This document shows positions 27,401 through 38,000 of a DNA stretch of 64,000 nt, in pieces. The notes under the pieces were generated by a model that saw nothing but the letters and a program-made list of their open reading frames with translations, did not search any database and had not been told where the DNA came from. The position numbers were made by a program, and so were the translations under genes. Source of the DNA: Lytechinus pictus (taxonomy: Eukaryota); NCBI RefSeq assembly GCF_037042905.1, contig NC_087251.1, positions 31,312,001 to 31,376,000 on the forward strand. The letters are read 5' to 3'. How positions within the stretch are numbered: position 1 is the first letter of the stretch; each line of letters begins with the position of its first letter.

Positions 27401-30191
27401 GATACTTGATTACTCTTATGTCCAAGTTTTATGAACTAAATCCGTAAACTTTCAGAGTTAGGATGACCAATTTAACAAATACCCCCAACACGGCCAAAGT
27501 TCATTGACCTTAAATGACCATTGACCATGGTCATGTGACCTGAAACTCGCACATGATGTTTGCTAATACTTGATTAACCTTATGTCCAAGTTTCATGAAC
27601 TAGATCCATAAATTTTCAAAGTTATGATAGTAATTCAACAAATACCCCCAACTTGACCAAAGTTCATTGACCCTAAATGACCTTTGACCTTGGTCACGTG
27701 ACCTGAAACTCGAGCAGGATGTTCACTAATACTTGATTAACATTATGCCTAAGTTACACGAACTAGGTCCATATACTTTCTAAGTTATGATGTCATTTCA
27801 AAAACTTAACCTTCGGTTAAGATTTTGAAAATAATTCTCCCAACATGGTCAAAGTTCATTGACCCTAAATGACCTTTGACCTTGGTCATGTGACCTGAAA
27901 CTCAGGCAGGATGTTTAGTAATACTTGATTAACCTTATGTCCAAGTTTCATGAACTAGGTCCATATACTTTCTAAGTTATGATGTCATTTCAAAAACTTA
28001 ACCTTAGGTTAAGATTTGATGTTGACGCCGCCGCCGCCGTCGCAAAAGCGGCGCCTATAGTCTCGCTCTGCTATGCAGGCGAGACAAAAACTGCATTTAT
28101 TTTTTGCTTGTTTAAACCTCCTTTCTTCTTCGAACCATAGTTGGAACTCTTTTGACTGTTTCAAAGCACTGACTTGCAAAGCTCTGACCAATTGGGTAAG
28201 AAGTTGCAAGTTGATCTGAATGATTTCTTTTACAATAAACCTGAATTTGGCACTTCTTGACAATTTTGCTAAAAATGAGAAAAAAGGTTCTACAGCTACA
28301 ATACTAGAGAGTATGTATTTAAATACATTTAAAATAATATAATGTTGAAATAAAGGACCAGGGACAATGCAGGTTTTATGTATTATTGCACTCAATTCAA
28401 CACATTTACTGAGAAATTTACAAAAATAAATTCTCACTTTTGGCATAGGGCATTAAATGTATGGTTGTTGCCAAGATTTAGTGTCATTTACCTAGAGCAA
28501 GCAAACATATTTTTTTCGTGGATTACTGAACCTTTCTCAGTGTACCCGCTGAATGAAGCACAATCATGTACAGAAAGTCTGAACAGGCCTTGGTTCAAAC
28601 TCATCCTGGTAAAATTCTCTGATGGAATTCAACCTTATAAGTTCATGTTTTCTGTTTTTTTAATTCCTCTTTTTAAATTTTTTGTTCCGAAGTGCTATTG
28701 CTATGGATAGATATGAACAAATTGTTAGTGTTGGAGAGCAATATGTAGTAGTTCATGTGTATGATCAGAATAGACGAAGTGCCAATAACCCTTGACTTAC
28801 TCTTATATTTTCTTAAAAATTGTCCTCTAAAAACACTTTGGGATTTAGACATAAAGAAACAAGGACTTTCTTTACAAAGAAAAAGTTTACATGGAAAATT
28901 GTGTAAATCCACTTATTAAAGTGAAGTAGGGGTCTAAGTGTTAACAGCTTGTAGGCTACATGTACATCTTTGATTTTACAAGATTAACTTGATTTTATTT
29001 ACTTGATTTCAATTACTTTGAGTAGACATGAAGGGTTTATTCATGCTTGGATGATAAAAAGTTGATAAAATCTTTTTCTTTTTAGAGTAAACAACTGTAA
29101 CTGCCACAACAATAAAAAATCATCAATCGTGGAAGTGATTTAAATCAATGATTTTTTAAATCAGAGTGATTTAAATCATGATTTAAATCATGATTTAAAT
29201 CACGCTTTAAATCAACATGAATTTTATCAGCCAACCCTGTACACTGAGGGCATCTTGCATGAAGCTTTTGCCAGGCAAAAGAACAAAAAATCCGGCAAAC
29301 AAGATTATGCCTTTGCAATAACATACTGAAAAATGTTGGCAAAAATTGCCAGAGATTTTCTTCTAAGTATCAGGCCCTGGGTGTGCTATCCCCCGAGAAG
29401 TCTATGTTTTGGACATCTCCAATGCTATTCACAAAGTCTGGAGTCAGCAAGTATTAGTAAGTAGCAACTCCCCATGAAAGCTGATGCAAATCTTCCTTTA
29501 ATAATAAAAAATACTGTGTATGAATTTACCAAATAAATCAAATAAAAAATATTCCATGACTGCAACAATTAACAGACTTACAAACTCTGCTTTCCAATTA
29601 ATCACTAGAATCCTATACAAACTAAATTTATATTGCCTTTTTTCATTCATAATTTTGCTAACAATGCATCGTATCAACATAAGACAAATATCAACAAGAA
29701 CATATCTAACTTTTCAGGTAGGTATTTACATTCTCTATCATGTCTACAGAAAAAAAACATTTACATATAATAAAATGAGATAAATTGAATTCAATATTAA
29801 ATTGAATATTTTCCAATTAAAAAATAATGACATTAACTGACTTACATTGTTATTTGTTATGGCTAAAATGTAAGCAATTACATATCAAAATTCTAGATGA
29901 AAAGGGAGATGAAAAAAAGAAAATATATATATAAGAATTTCAACAGTAATGATATTGGCTGATGAGTAAAGACTGATAATACTGTCTAATACTTGAATAC
30001 ATCTTACATTATCAAGGAGTATTGACATGAGAATGAACAAGGCAACTAAACTTCTGTTGCTCCAATACCCACCTTTCAATCTTCTCTGCAAATTCTTTCA
30101 AACTTTGAAGAATTTCTTCCCAGCAAGAAGTTTTTCTAGCAGAGTTTTTTACAGACTTACTTCGGCTTTTAAATAGAGATAAATGAGCCAT
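308..30191 (-). CDS. THADA: THADA/Trm732-like HEAT/ARM-repeat protein (DUF2428 family), 24 coding exons in window, 3' end beyond left edge
   Basis: Spliced exons give family motifs in the expected order: HWHSPIDGV, LKGRYTLL, LFPGACYQRK, LRAAALTPMHG, CCWLTLKE, KCRHKGA, TKKSAGLP, PQSHALNIMKSLF, WMVQNSS, RIFGQKKVQDEHS, EFFQRYPRL, SPVYSVRDLASRA, QNRLHGNLL, RNPCPITRA. All junctions are GT-AG and phase-compatible. It may be a divergent paralogue rather than the orthologue. Confidence 0.92.
756..2862. mobile_element. Non-autonomous hAT-type DNA transposon inserted into a SINE
   Basis: Termini CAGGGAAAAAATAC / GTATTTTTTTCGCTG with a perfect 8-bp duplication CGCATATC (748-755, 2863-2870). Confidence 0.85.
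1025..1608. mobile_element. Kolobok-type palindromic MITE nested in the hAT element
   Basis: TTAA on both sides, AGG...CCT termini, inverted arms of about 200 bp. Confidence 0.8.
2863..3142 (-). mobile_element. tRNA-derived SINE (its 3' tail is displaced to about 715-755)
   Basis: A-box-like TGGCCCAGTGG, degenerate B box, body TGCTGCACTCAACCCAGGTG, (ATT)n tail. Confidence 0.75.
3759..4204 (-). CDS. THADA: THADA-like coding exon 23
   Basis: Open frame containing EVRELAL, donor gtaagt. Confidence 0.85.
4652..4874 (-). CDS. THADA: THADA-like coding exon 22
   Basis: LWVGSSRNPCPITRALF, phase 2 to 0. Confidence 0.85.
5781..6026 (-). CDS. THADA: THADA-like coding exon 21
   Basis: SPVYSVRDLASRAILP...QNRLHGNLL. 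Confidence 0.92.
6070..6425 (-). mobile_element. tRNA-derived SINE
   Basis: tRNA-like head, CAGGTGTTAAATGGGTACC core shared with the SINE at 2863, (ATT)n tail. Confidence 0.75.
7355..7622 (-). CDS. THADA: THADA-like coding exon 20
   Basis: LIARIFG...EFFQRYPRL...LHPVLLVLTKL. Confidence 0.92.
8259..8502 (-). CDS. THADA: THADA-like coding exon 19
   Basis: PQSHALNIMKSLF...GFASSNWMVQNSS. Confidence 0.92.
8600..9050 (+). mobile_element. LINE 3' UTR remnant
   Basis: T-rich tract, stem-loop with TACAAGCTTTTGCTTTT loop shared with other LINE tails here, AATAAA followed by (ATCTAA)n. Confidence 0.55.
9531..9746 (-). CDS. THADA: THADA-like coding exon 18
   Basis: GALEG...TKKSAGLPPLVESIIVAEP, donor gtaagt. 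Confidence 0.92.
9939..10076 (-). CDS. THADA: THADA-like coding exon 17
   Basis: ESSLLMG...ILTKCRHK, donor gtaaga. Confidence 0.9.
10688..11250 (-). CDS. THADA: THADA-like coding exon 16 (start of DUF2428 region)
   Basis: Within ORF 10646-11242, ending LILSCCWLTLK, donor gtgagt. Confidence 0.9.
11700..12200 (+). pseudogene. Decayed hAT (Charlie-like) transposase C-terminal dimerization region
   Basis: FGSKYICEWCFSNMNFINNKYKNRITNIHLSNVL resembles the hAT C-terminal motif. The frame is broken by frameshifts. Confidence 0.7.
12468..12640. mobile_element. Small Harbinger-type MITE
   Basis: Inverted termini GGG..GTTTCATGAAAGTTGTCAGCACTGAC flanked by CAG/CTG. A related element lies at about 35430-35621. 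Confidence 0.6.
12888..13087 (-). CDS. THADA: THADA-like coding exon 15
   Basis: NILRAAALTPMHG motif, donor gtgagt. Confidence 0.9.
13886..14110 (-). CDS. THADA: THADA-like coding exon 14
   Basis: LLDSSNDIRSSAYDLL...SPKFHECEAGA, donor gtgagt. Confidence 0.9.
14816..14879 (-). CDS. THADA: THADA-like coding exon 13
   Basis: Short exon ASKKLLSWSRDIGKVDLFSE. It is required for phase continuity. Confidence 0.8.
15175..15395 (-). CDS. THADA: THADA-like coding exon 12
   Basis: SLFPGACYQRKRASLDLL motif. Confidence 0.9.
15852..16126. mobile_element. MITE, Harbinger-like
   Basis: Inverted arms AAAGAGTTGCGATTGATCCAATC / GATTGGATCAATCGTAACTCTTT. Confidence 0.65.
16374..16666 (-). CDS. THADA: THADA-like coding exon 11
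   Basis: HNDDIRGDTIYLVCHSPRTAEP...RLRDSS. The phase-0 acceptor at 16667-16668 was chosen for frame. Confidence 0.85.
16817..17820 (-). mobile_element. Internally deleted hAT-like transposon splitting a degenerate SINE
   Basis: Perfect 12-bp TIR CAGGGATGCCAG, flanking direct repeat TAAATAT. It retains a transposase-like N-terminus (KNKFQWKWL...RKIDVAGKARC). SINE head at about 17830-17960 and tail at about 16710-16816. Confidence 0.75.
18328..18523 (-). CDS. THADA: THADA-like coding exon 10
   Basis: LVRNNIANTWLPATFK...QEWM, donor gtaagg. Confidence 0.85.
19271..19611 (-). CDS. THADA: THADA-like coding exon 9
   Basis: HLKGRYTLL motif, donor gtaagt. Confidence 0.9.
20217..20458 (-). CDS. THADA: THADA-like coding exon 8
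   Basis: IWRHWHSPIDGV motif, AG/GT bounded. Confidence 0.9.
20730..20817 (-). CDS. THADA: THADA-like coding exon 7
   Basis: GQIFLIGPLL...FHSIQ, donor gtgagt. It bridges phase 0 to 1. Confidence 0.8.
21125..21315 (-). CDS. THADA: THADA-like coding exon 6
   Basis: GALCLARGLI in ORF 21083-21340, donor gtgagt. Confidence 0.85.
21416..22004. mobile_element. Kolobok-type MITE
   Basis: TTAA-AGGTCAAGTCCACCC ... GGGTGGACTTGTCCT-TTAA. Confidence 0.8.
22297..22713. repeat. Tandem repeat, 3 x about 140 bp
   Basis: Three near-identical units starting at 22297, 22437 and 22576. Confidence 0.9.
23803..23923 (-). CDS. THADA: THADA-like coding exon 5
   Basis: KFSRENGLMSGCAVG...HSFHQ, donor gtgagc, phase-consistent. 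Confidence 0.8.
24323..24648 (-). CDS. THADA: THADA-like coding exon 4
   Basis: Within ORF 24272-24673. Acceptor tattcag, donor gttagt. Confidence 0.85.
24961..25075 (-). CDS. THADA: THADA-like coding exon 3
   Basis: tttttacag acceptor, GAQALSEVCPKL...IQASK, gtaaat donor. Confidence 0.8.
25674..25890 (-). CDS. THADA: THADA-like coding exon 2
   Basis: AG/GT bounded open frame NDRNIKQW...VRKLHK, phase 2 to 0. Confidence 0.8.
26359..26580. mobile_element. Small MITE (Tc1/mariner-like)
   Basis: Inverted termini CCCGTAAACTGGGGTG..ACTTTGGACAC / GTGTCCAAAGTCACCCCAGTTTACGGG. Confidence 0.65.
26909..28086 (-). mobile_element. Helentron-associated non-autonomous element (HINE/DINE-1-like) with central tandem array
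   Basis: Subterminal IR GTCTCGCCTGCAT (26930-26942, 28073-28085), adjacent short hairpin, (GGC)n tract, about 6 units of about 164-190 bp rich in TGACCTTTGACC, T-rich insertion site with no duplication. Confidence 0.75.
30073..30191 (-). CDS. THADA: THADA-like coding exon 1 (MAHLSLFKS...LKEFAEKIE)
   Basis: Acceptor at 30199-30200, ATG at 30191, donor GTGGGT. The phase-2 end joins the exon at 25890 in frame. Confidence 0.7.
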
Positions 30192-31029
30192 CTTGTACCT
30201 GGAGAATCAAAAGAAAAAATAAGAAACAATTAATAAGAATTTAATATCAAAGATATTATCTCATAGCATAGCGAGTCAGTGCAAACTAAAAATTTTAATT
30301 TGGATGACTCATGGATGATCATCCTTCATCAACATATCACTAGAAATGAAGCTATTAATACTAGTGTGAGGTTTAATTTCGACTAAGATGATTAGTTTAT
30401 TTGTAAACTACTATTGTATGACAAATTTTAATGATTCCGAAATGCTAGATTTTGTATAGGGCAGAGATGAACTACTTATGCATTGTGATGGTCCCCTACC
30501 TTAAAAATAACTTTGTTTTCAATTATCTTGCAAAGCAAGACAATTGGGAATTTGGGATTGACCTTTTAATGAATAATGTCACCATCAAAACCACACCATG
30601 ACCATTCACCACATGCCCATGCCTGGCTACAGCTCAATTTGTAACAAGCTTCCCCAGTAGGGCTATAATATACGTAGTCGCTTATCTTATACAGGTGCAC
30701 ACTGCAAAGCCTAACCTAGAGAGAGCGCCTGACCGCGAAGTGGGCCACGGGCGCTCATACTGGGTCATGCAATGCCCAGTGCAGTTCTCCTTTCATTGGC
30801 TTTGCATGTTTACTAGCCAGAATCGACTATTTTTGCCAAAGCCTTTTTTTATGATGTTTAATAGCTTCTTTCATTAGATGTTTATCTTTCTCCTTCATTT
30901 TATTTTATTCCTTTTCTTTTCTATTCTTTTTTTTCTCGTTACCTATCTAACGTTAGACTATCCCTTTTTTTTTTAAAAACAAGTTCACACCTAGTTACCA
31001 ATAATGCATATAGCATTTCCATTTATTTG

Positions 31030-31166
31030 AAAGCAGGATAAAAGAGCATTGTACATTAAATGCCTCGCTCACCTGCTCACGTACATAGCTGCCGCGGCCG
31101 GGGATCGAACCCCAGACTTTTTCATGTATTAAGCCAGGCGCCTTAGACCACTCGGCCACGGCACCT
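31030..31166 (-). mobile_element. tRNA-derived SINE head
   Basis: A box TGGCCGAGTGG and B box GGTTCGATCC. Acceptor, D and T arms pair but the anticodon arm does not. Confidence 0.7.
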
Positions 31167-31372
31167 CTTTCCTCTTTTCTTTTCCTTCTTTTTAATCTTG
31201 TTCTCTTTACCTATCTTTTCCTTTTTTATCATTTCGATTCTTTTTTCCTTTCCTTCTTTTAAATTTTGTTGTTTTCTTTTCTTTTCATTTTCTTCCCTTT
31301 TTCTCCTTCCTTTACAATTTTCTTTTTCCTTTTTTTCTTCAAAAAATAACAAAACTGGTCAGACATACTCAC

Positions 31373-31600
31373 TGGAATTAACTAATCGTAACCAGTTTCG
31401 TCAATGCTTCATCAATTCAACTTCTAACCGTTATAGCCATATAGGTTGGTCAAGCGCTGGTCTTCCAGGCGAGCTCCCGGATCCCGAATCCCATCCCATT
31501 GACTTTGTACACAAAACTAAAGGCTAAGCGAGCACAGCTCAGAGTCACGACGAGCGTATTTTATGCATGCATGTGTTTACACTTCGGAGTCCCAAACTTC
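31373..31600 (-). promoter_or_regulatory. Probable promoter and non-coding first exon of the THADA-like gene
   Basis: Unique, relatively CpG-rich patch ending in a minus-strand GTGAGT donor at 31367-31372. No ATG-initiated frame stays open to the donor. The next exon has an acceptor 7 nt before the ATG. Confidence 0.5.
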
Positions 31601-32403
31601 AATGCATGATATCACTACAGCAAACACAATCTTCTGATTGTCCTACAAATTACTTCCTTACGAATACGACAAGAAACAGGGCAGAAATTTAGTCGAAACT
31701 TTCCTTTCCGATAATCTTTCTTTTGCACCAGATCGTAGCTATGGAACGCTAGAAAAGTTACGCAATGTTAGCCAGCTTGTATATGGTACGCGAAAACAAT
31801 ACAATAAAACTTTGGTCACTCTAAAAAAAAAAAAAAAATACAAGAAGAGCCAGAGGCGTATCCAGGGGGCCGAAGCGGCTGCGGCTTCCCCGAAAGGCGA
31901 TGCAAACAAAAGAAGAAAAAGGAAAAGAAAAGAAAAGGGAATTAGGAGAATTAAAAAAAAAAAAAAAAAAAGGAGAAAAACTAACGAGAAGGGCGATTCC
32001 ATACGTGTCGGGACATTTTGGCTAGCCGAATTCTTGAGCAATAAAATAGTATTTTTTGTCAATGATAAAGCTATAGTGGGTAGTCATGTGAAAAACTAAT
32101 AACCAACACAAAAAATTGATCATGGGTAAAATATAGGTGAAAATGTTGTGTGTCGTACGGGACGCAGAAATGTCCCGTACGACTACACGCAACATTTTAA
32201 GCTCTAATTCACCTACGGACAACATATTTTTGTTGGTTGTCAGTTTTTTGCATGTCTACCCAGTAGTACTTTAATATTACCACAAAGCAAATTGAAGTTC
32301 TTCGTTTGTTTGGTCAGCAGGTTGAAAAATGTTGTGAAAATGGCTGATTTTTCTAGCATGGAATCGCCCAGAAGAGGAAATCAGCACTCAAGAAGGGCCT
32401 TAA

Positions 32404-32998
32404 AGGGGAATCCAACCCAAATAAAAACTTGTTTTTATAAGGAAAAGAAAAATCAGACAAGTTGATAGGTGAAAGTTTGAACAATATTGGACAAACAACA
32501 AGAAAGTTATGGATTTTTAAAAGTTGTATATATTGGTAATCACTATACACATGGAGACTTCAAATTGGCCACATATGGGATGTCATAGTGATGTAAGGCA
32601 AGGACTACTCTTCCATGTACTCCAATACATATTATGGCTAAAATTTCATTTTTCCCAAAACTTTTATTTCAAATTATATTTTTGTTTCATGAGGACATAA
32701 AACAATATACTACCTGGGTTATATTTAGATTACTGCCCCAGGGGAATGGGTACTTAGGAGAAAACCACAAATCCCTGATAATAAAGTACATGGCCTATGG
32801 GAAAGTTGTCCTTGCCCCTTGTCATAATTTACTTACACAGTTGCCAATTTGAAATCTACATAGTATTAGTGATCTCAATTTTAAAGCAGCTATAACTTTC
32901 TTATTGCTTGTCCGATTTCTTTCAAACTTTCACCATTCTGTTTAATTTATTTTTCTCCTTCCCAACACAACATTTTATGGCCAAGGCTGGACTCCCCT
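32404..32998. mobile_element. Kolobok-type MITE
   Basis: TTAA-AGGGGAATCCAACC ... GGCTGGACTCCCCT-TTAA. Confidence 0.75.
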
Positions 32999-33215
32999 TT
33001 AATTCAAATCAGTATGTCCAAATTTCTGCTCTCGCATTGTTTATTGGGTTAAGTTATAAAAAAAGGTGCGTAAATTTTCAATTTTTCACTGGATCGGAAT
33101 ATTAAACTCTTTCGGCTCGCACTTCGGGCTCGCATCATTTTAGGGTCTAAAAGTCTAAATCTAAAAAAAATATATAGATCAGCTCTTCGCACTCGCATGA
33201 ATAGTTAATTAGATA

Positions 33216-33597
33216 CAGTGGCATACCTAGGATTTTCCACAGGGGGGGGGGGGCAAAACCGTCCGCCAAAAAATTTAACAAGCAAAAAAAAATAATAATA
33301 AGTTCTTCAATCACATATGAAGGATTTCGTAACAGAAAAAATTTGACAAGCCAAAAAAAAAAGGTCTTCAATCAGAAATGAAGGATTTCGTACCAGAAAA
33401 AAATTTGACAAGTAAAAAAAAAGAAAAAAAAAAGCTCGTCAGGGGGGCAATAAAGGTCTTCAAGCTCGTCAGGGGGGGGGGCAAAAAGGTCTTTCAAGCT
33501 CGTCAGGGGGGCAGGGATACGTCCTTTGCACGGGGTTGTGGCTCGTCAGGGGGGGGGGGGCAGACTGCCCCCTCTGCCCCCCGTAGGTACGCTAGTG
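33216..33597. mobile_element. hAT-type MITE with G-tracts
   Basis: CAGTGGCATACCTA / TAGGTACGCTAGTG termini with a perfect 8-bp duplication ATTAGATA. Confidence 0.8.
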
Positions 33598-34896
33598 ATT
33601 AGATATCAATCTTACATGTTCATGAAAAAGATGCTTATATAAAATATCGGGCTTTCAGGTCAATAATTTGACGCTACACTTGATCCTTATATAGTTTGAT
33701 CAGATACACATCCTGATCAAAGTTACATTAAAGGATTGAATGTCCAGTTTTCAATATAGGGTAAAAAGATTAGCTCACGCTTCGTGCTCACATCACTTGT
33801 AGTAGTATACAATAAGTGCTTAAAATGTCCAGTAAAAAAGTCGGGGGGGGGGGGATGAGCTCGCGCATTGCTCCCTTGCTCTCACAGCGTTTATTTAAAT
33901 AAATCTATTTAAATATATATCCTATGCTGTCCATAAATACAAAAACTACTTAGAATGTCAAGTCAGAAAATTAAAAGAAATTAACTTGCGCTTCGATCGT
34001 GAGTTAGTTTCTTATTTTGTTCATGGTTACAAAACGTGCTAAAAATTGCCATATTATATTTCAGGTCGGAAAAGCAATAAGTTTCTGCTCGAATTCGCGC
34101 TCGCATTATTGGATTGGTGAAACATGTATCCTTTTCATGAGTCACTGCAAACAGTCAGCAGAAAATATCTAGCATTGTTGTTAAGTTGGATATGCATTTT
34201 TTTAGGATTACAAAATGTACCCACTATATTCGATTTTCATGTCAATATACATGAAATATCGATGTTTTTTGAGCCGTCGCGCTTCTTGCTCGCATTCTTT
34301 ATTTAGACTTTAAGATAATACAAAGCTAAGATGTATTACAATTTTTAAATCTTTAATTTAAGTTAGGAAAACTCCATCAAAAAACAACAAAATTCAGCTT
34401 TTAGCGGCCGATGTGGAAAATGTGGATGAAAATATTTTTTCGCCCTCCCATTGGTGAAATTAAGCTGAATCCGCCTCTGAAGAGCTTCTTTTTTTCAAGT
34501 TGATTGGTTGAAAGTAAAGTAATTGCAAAAATATGGTCTCTTTAGTTACTTAGTCACTCTGAAGTTAAGTTTGTAACTGATTTTCAAATTTTGACTCAAA
34601 TGCACTGACCTAATCCTGACTTTTTTCTTTTTTTCTTTTATTCAATTATACCACTCATTTTCTACTCAAATTTCAACCAGTTTTTAATCGTTGATGTCAT
34701 TGGCGTACATAGGGATTTAGGGGACCATGGACCCTCCCACCCCCCCAAAAAAAATCACGACTAAGAAAAAAAAAACGGAGAAAGAACAGAAAATTGAAAA
34801 GGGTGAATTATGAAATCATTTTTTTGAATATTGTATCAAAATCTGTCACAAAATTAGATTTTTGTATTGGAAAGGTAAAAAAAATTGCTTTTAGTA

Positions 34897-35018
<122 letters not shown>

Positions 35019-38000
35019 CTCTCTCTCAGCTCTTTATAAATTTTGCCCCATATAGTCTGTACCATTCATTTTTGTTTTGCTCATTACGCCAACTGTTTTT
35101 ATAAGACCCAATGTTTATAATAATTATCCTGCATTCAGCATGTATAGATCGATTATCCATCAACCAGGTGCGGACCCACGGGGGTGGGCAAGTATGATCT
35201 ACTTGTCCCCCTCCATCTTCAGAACAATTTTTTTTTTTTTAAAGAGGGTGACACAATTAAAGAGAGTGAAAATAAGGAGAAGGGAAGGGGAAATAAAATC
35301 ATCAGAGCTAGGGGAAGAAAGATTCCTTACGAAACGGGCCCTGCACCTCCTCCCCCATTAAAAAAAGCGAAATGAGGGGGGGGGGGGTGAAGGAGTCGGG
35401 GCCGAAACAACCTTCATGCGAGCTCATCATCTGGGGAGTGTTTCATGAAAGAAATGTCGGGTGTTTTATCCTATAAGTCCCGATTTATTCGACCATGGAG
35501 ATAACACAGACAGTTACCAAAGGTTAAGTAATAGTGATTCTCAGCCAACCAGAATCAAGGAGAGATGTCAGATTTGACAACTTAAATTGTCCGACAAAAA
35601 TGTTGATGAAACAATCCCCAGATACCAAGGAAAGAGAGAAGGAAAAGAGAAAGGGAATAAAGAGAGAACTTGAAGAGAGAAATAAGGAAAAAAAAATAGC
35701 CAAAAGAGAGAGCATGAAAAAACGAAATATCAGTTGTGATTTTTTTCTCCACAAAACAAAATTTGTGAATCTATGGAGCCTAAAAGGCAAATGTAAAAAT
35801 TTTATAGGCATATCAAAAGAGGGGATGGGCGAAGCGGCTATATTTATATACACAGCTCCCTATCGGCGGCATAGAAAATGGAAAGAGACGAGATAAACGG
35901 GAAAAACAAAAGAAAGTGAATGAAAGGATAAAGAAAAAAGCGGAAGAAAACATAAAGAAAAGGAGGGGAAAATTAAGACAAAAGGAGAAGGGGAAAAATT
36001 AGCAAATAGCAATCATTTCAGGTCATTATTCGCCCTAACATTGTCCGTATTATTAAATACATATCCTGTTTGATTGCAGTGCACTTAAAATTTCTCGTTT
36101 TCAAGTCAATAAAAAAATAACAAATTCGTTCGTGCTTTGCTTTGCTTTCACTGTTTCTTTTTAAGATACACATCATACACCACTGCAAACAAGTGCTTAA
36201 AATATCCCGTTTTCAAGTCAGAATATAACAAAAATTCATGCAAGCGCTTCGCGCTTATATTATATATATAACCCATGCAACAATTCGAAGAAAGTCCTTG
36301 TCATGATGTCCTAGAAATTTTTTTCATAATGATTTGATAATTTGTTCATTTGAACAGGGGCCGTTGAACTATAATGAAAGATTGGGGAGCAGGGGCGTAA
36401 CAAGGGTCGGTGCATGGCCAGAGGGGGCAAGAGCCAAACAATTTCCCGGTCATATCATTGAACAGGCAATGGCGTCATGAGGCAGAAATATGGTGATATG
36501 GTGTATCGGGCAAAAAATAAAAATGCGAGCGAGCAAAAATTTTGACATTTTTATTACAAAATCAAATTTTGTGATAGATTTTGACTTAATGTTAAAAAAG
36601 ATGATATCATATTTCACTCTTCTCTCTTTTTTTTTGTACGCCACGGTGAATAGGATTTTTGTTATAATTGTGCGCATCAGGGCGAAGCTCTGTATGCTCG
36701 AGGGGGCCCAGTATGGCATATGTGGCAAGAAGTAGCTTAATATAAGTCCCGAGCGAGCGAAGCGAGATGAAAAAATCACCTTTACATGATAATCCAACAT
36801 GAAGATAGATTTTGACGTGATATTTAAAAAAATATAATACACTTTTTCTTTGCTTTTCTTTCTTTCCTCATTTTTTTTTGGTTTGGTTGTAGAACTTTTG
36901 GGGGCCATGGTCCAAACTCATCCATACAACAGTGCTATGTGGGTGGGGTTCGGGGCGGAGCCCCGGAACCTCTTGATATTAAAGCCATGTTAAACCTTAC
37001 AGATGGCCGCTAATTTTAATCAAATTGCGTGTATAGCTTTCACACATAAATTCAATGCAGTTGTGTTCCGTATTCATCCAAATATTTTGAGGGGGAACAC
37101 CATAGCAAATGTGGGAAAATTTGTAAAAAGTCACCAGCGATCGAAGCGAGCCAGAAAGAATTTTTTTTTTTAAATGAAATTCTAATTCTAATTATGTGAT
37201 AGATTTTTACATCATAGCAAATATCATGCCATGTATTTTTTTCTTTCATCTCATTTCGCTACCTCCTTTATTTTCTTTTATTTCCCCTTTACTGTGGAAC
37301 AACCCCCCCCCCGGTACGCCAGTGCTTCAACGCAAAGTTTAATGCAGGAATGGTCCATACAGGGGCCGTTATATAGCCCTTTAAAGGTTACAGATGAAGA
37401 GCCCCCACTGCACAGGGTCTTGGACAGAGCCCCGGTAGCTTTGGAGATTTAACAAGTTTATAATAGACTTTCATACAACATTATGTTATATACCATCCAT
37501 CTTTCTTCCCGCTCGTTATCGTCAATCCTCGGCAGCCTGGTAGTTTTATCTGGCCCCTTTTTTTTATTTCCAATTTAGATTTTGGCTTATTCCATTCTAC
37601 CTTAATTTCCCGCTTTTGGTCATCTTAAATTTATTTTCCTGTCTTCATGCTAATATATTAGTATAACAGGGAGAGTTGTTCTTTCTCACTTGTTCTTCTT
37701 TCCTTCCTTTTCCCGTTTTATTTCCGTTTTCCCTTGTTATGTTTTTTCTTAGTTTTCTTTTCCCTTTCCCTTTCCTTTCCCCCTTTCTATTTCCTTTTCC
37801 CCTTTCCTCTTTTTTCCTTTCCTTTCCTTTTCCCTTTCTTTCTTTCTTTCTTCCCCCCCTTTTTTCCCCCCTTTTTTTTCCCCCCGGTGAACTCAGCCAG
37901 GGGGGGGGGGGGCAGCTTGCCCCCCTGCCCCCCGCCTGTTACCCCACTGTTGGGGAGAGGGCCAATGCAAAAAAAATAAGATGGTAAATTTTATTTTGAA

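Larger units (their letters stand above)
26169..29239. mobile_element. Old hAT-type element hosting two younger insertions
   Basis: TIR CAGGGTTGGC / GCCAACCCTG, subterminal GATTTAAATC repeats, degenerate 8-bp duplication AACACTGG / TACACTGA. Confidence 0.65.

Noticed and set aside
28009..28710. ORFs as extra THADA exons
   Set aside because: They lie inside the old hAT element 26169-29239, and exon 30073-30191 already joins 25890 in frame. Alternative use cannot be fully excluded.
31090..31166. tRNA gene
   Set aside because: The anticodon arm does not pair and the sequence continues into a SINE body.
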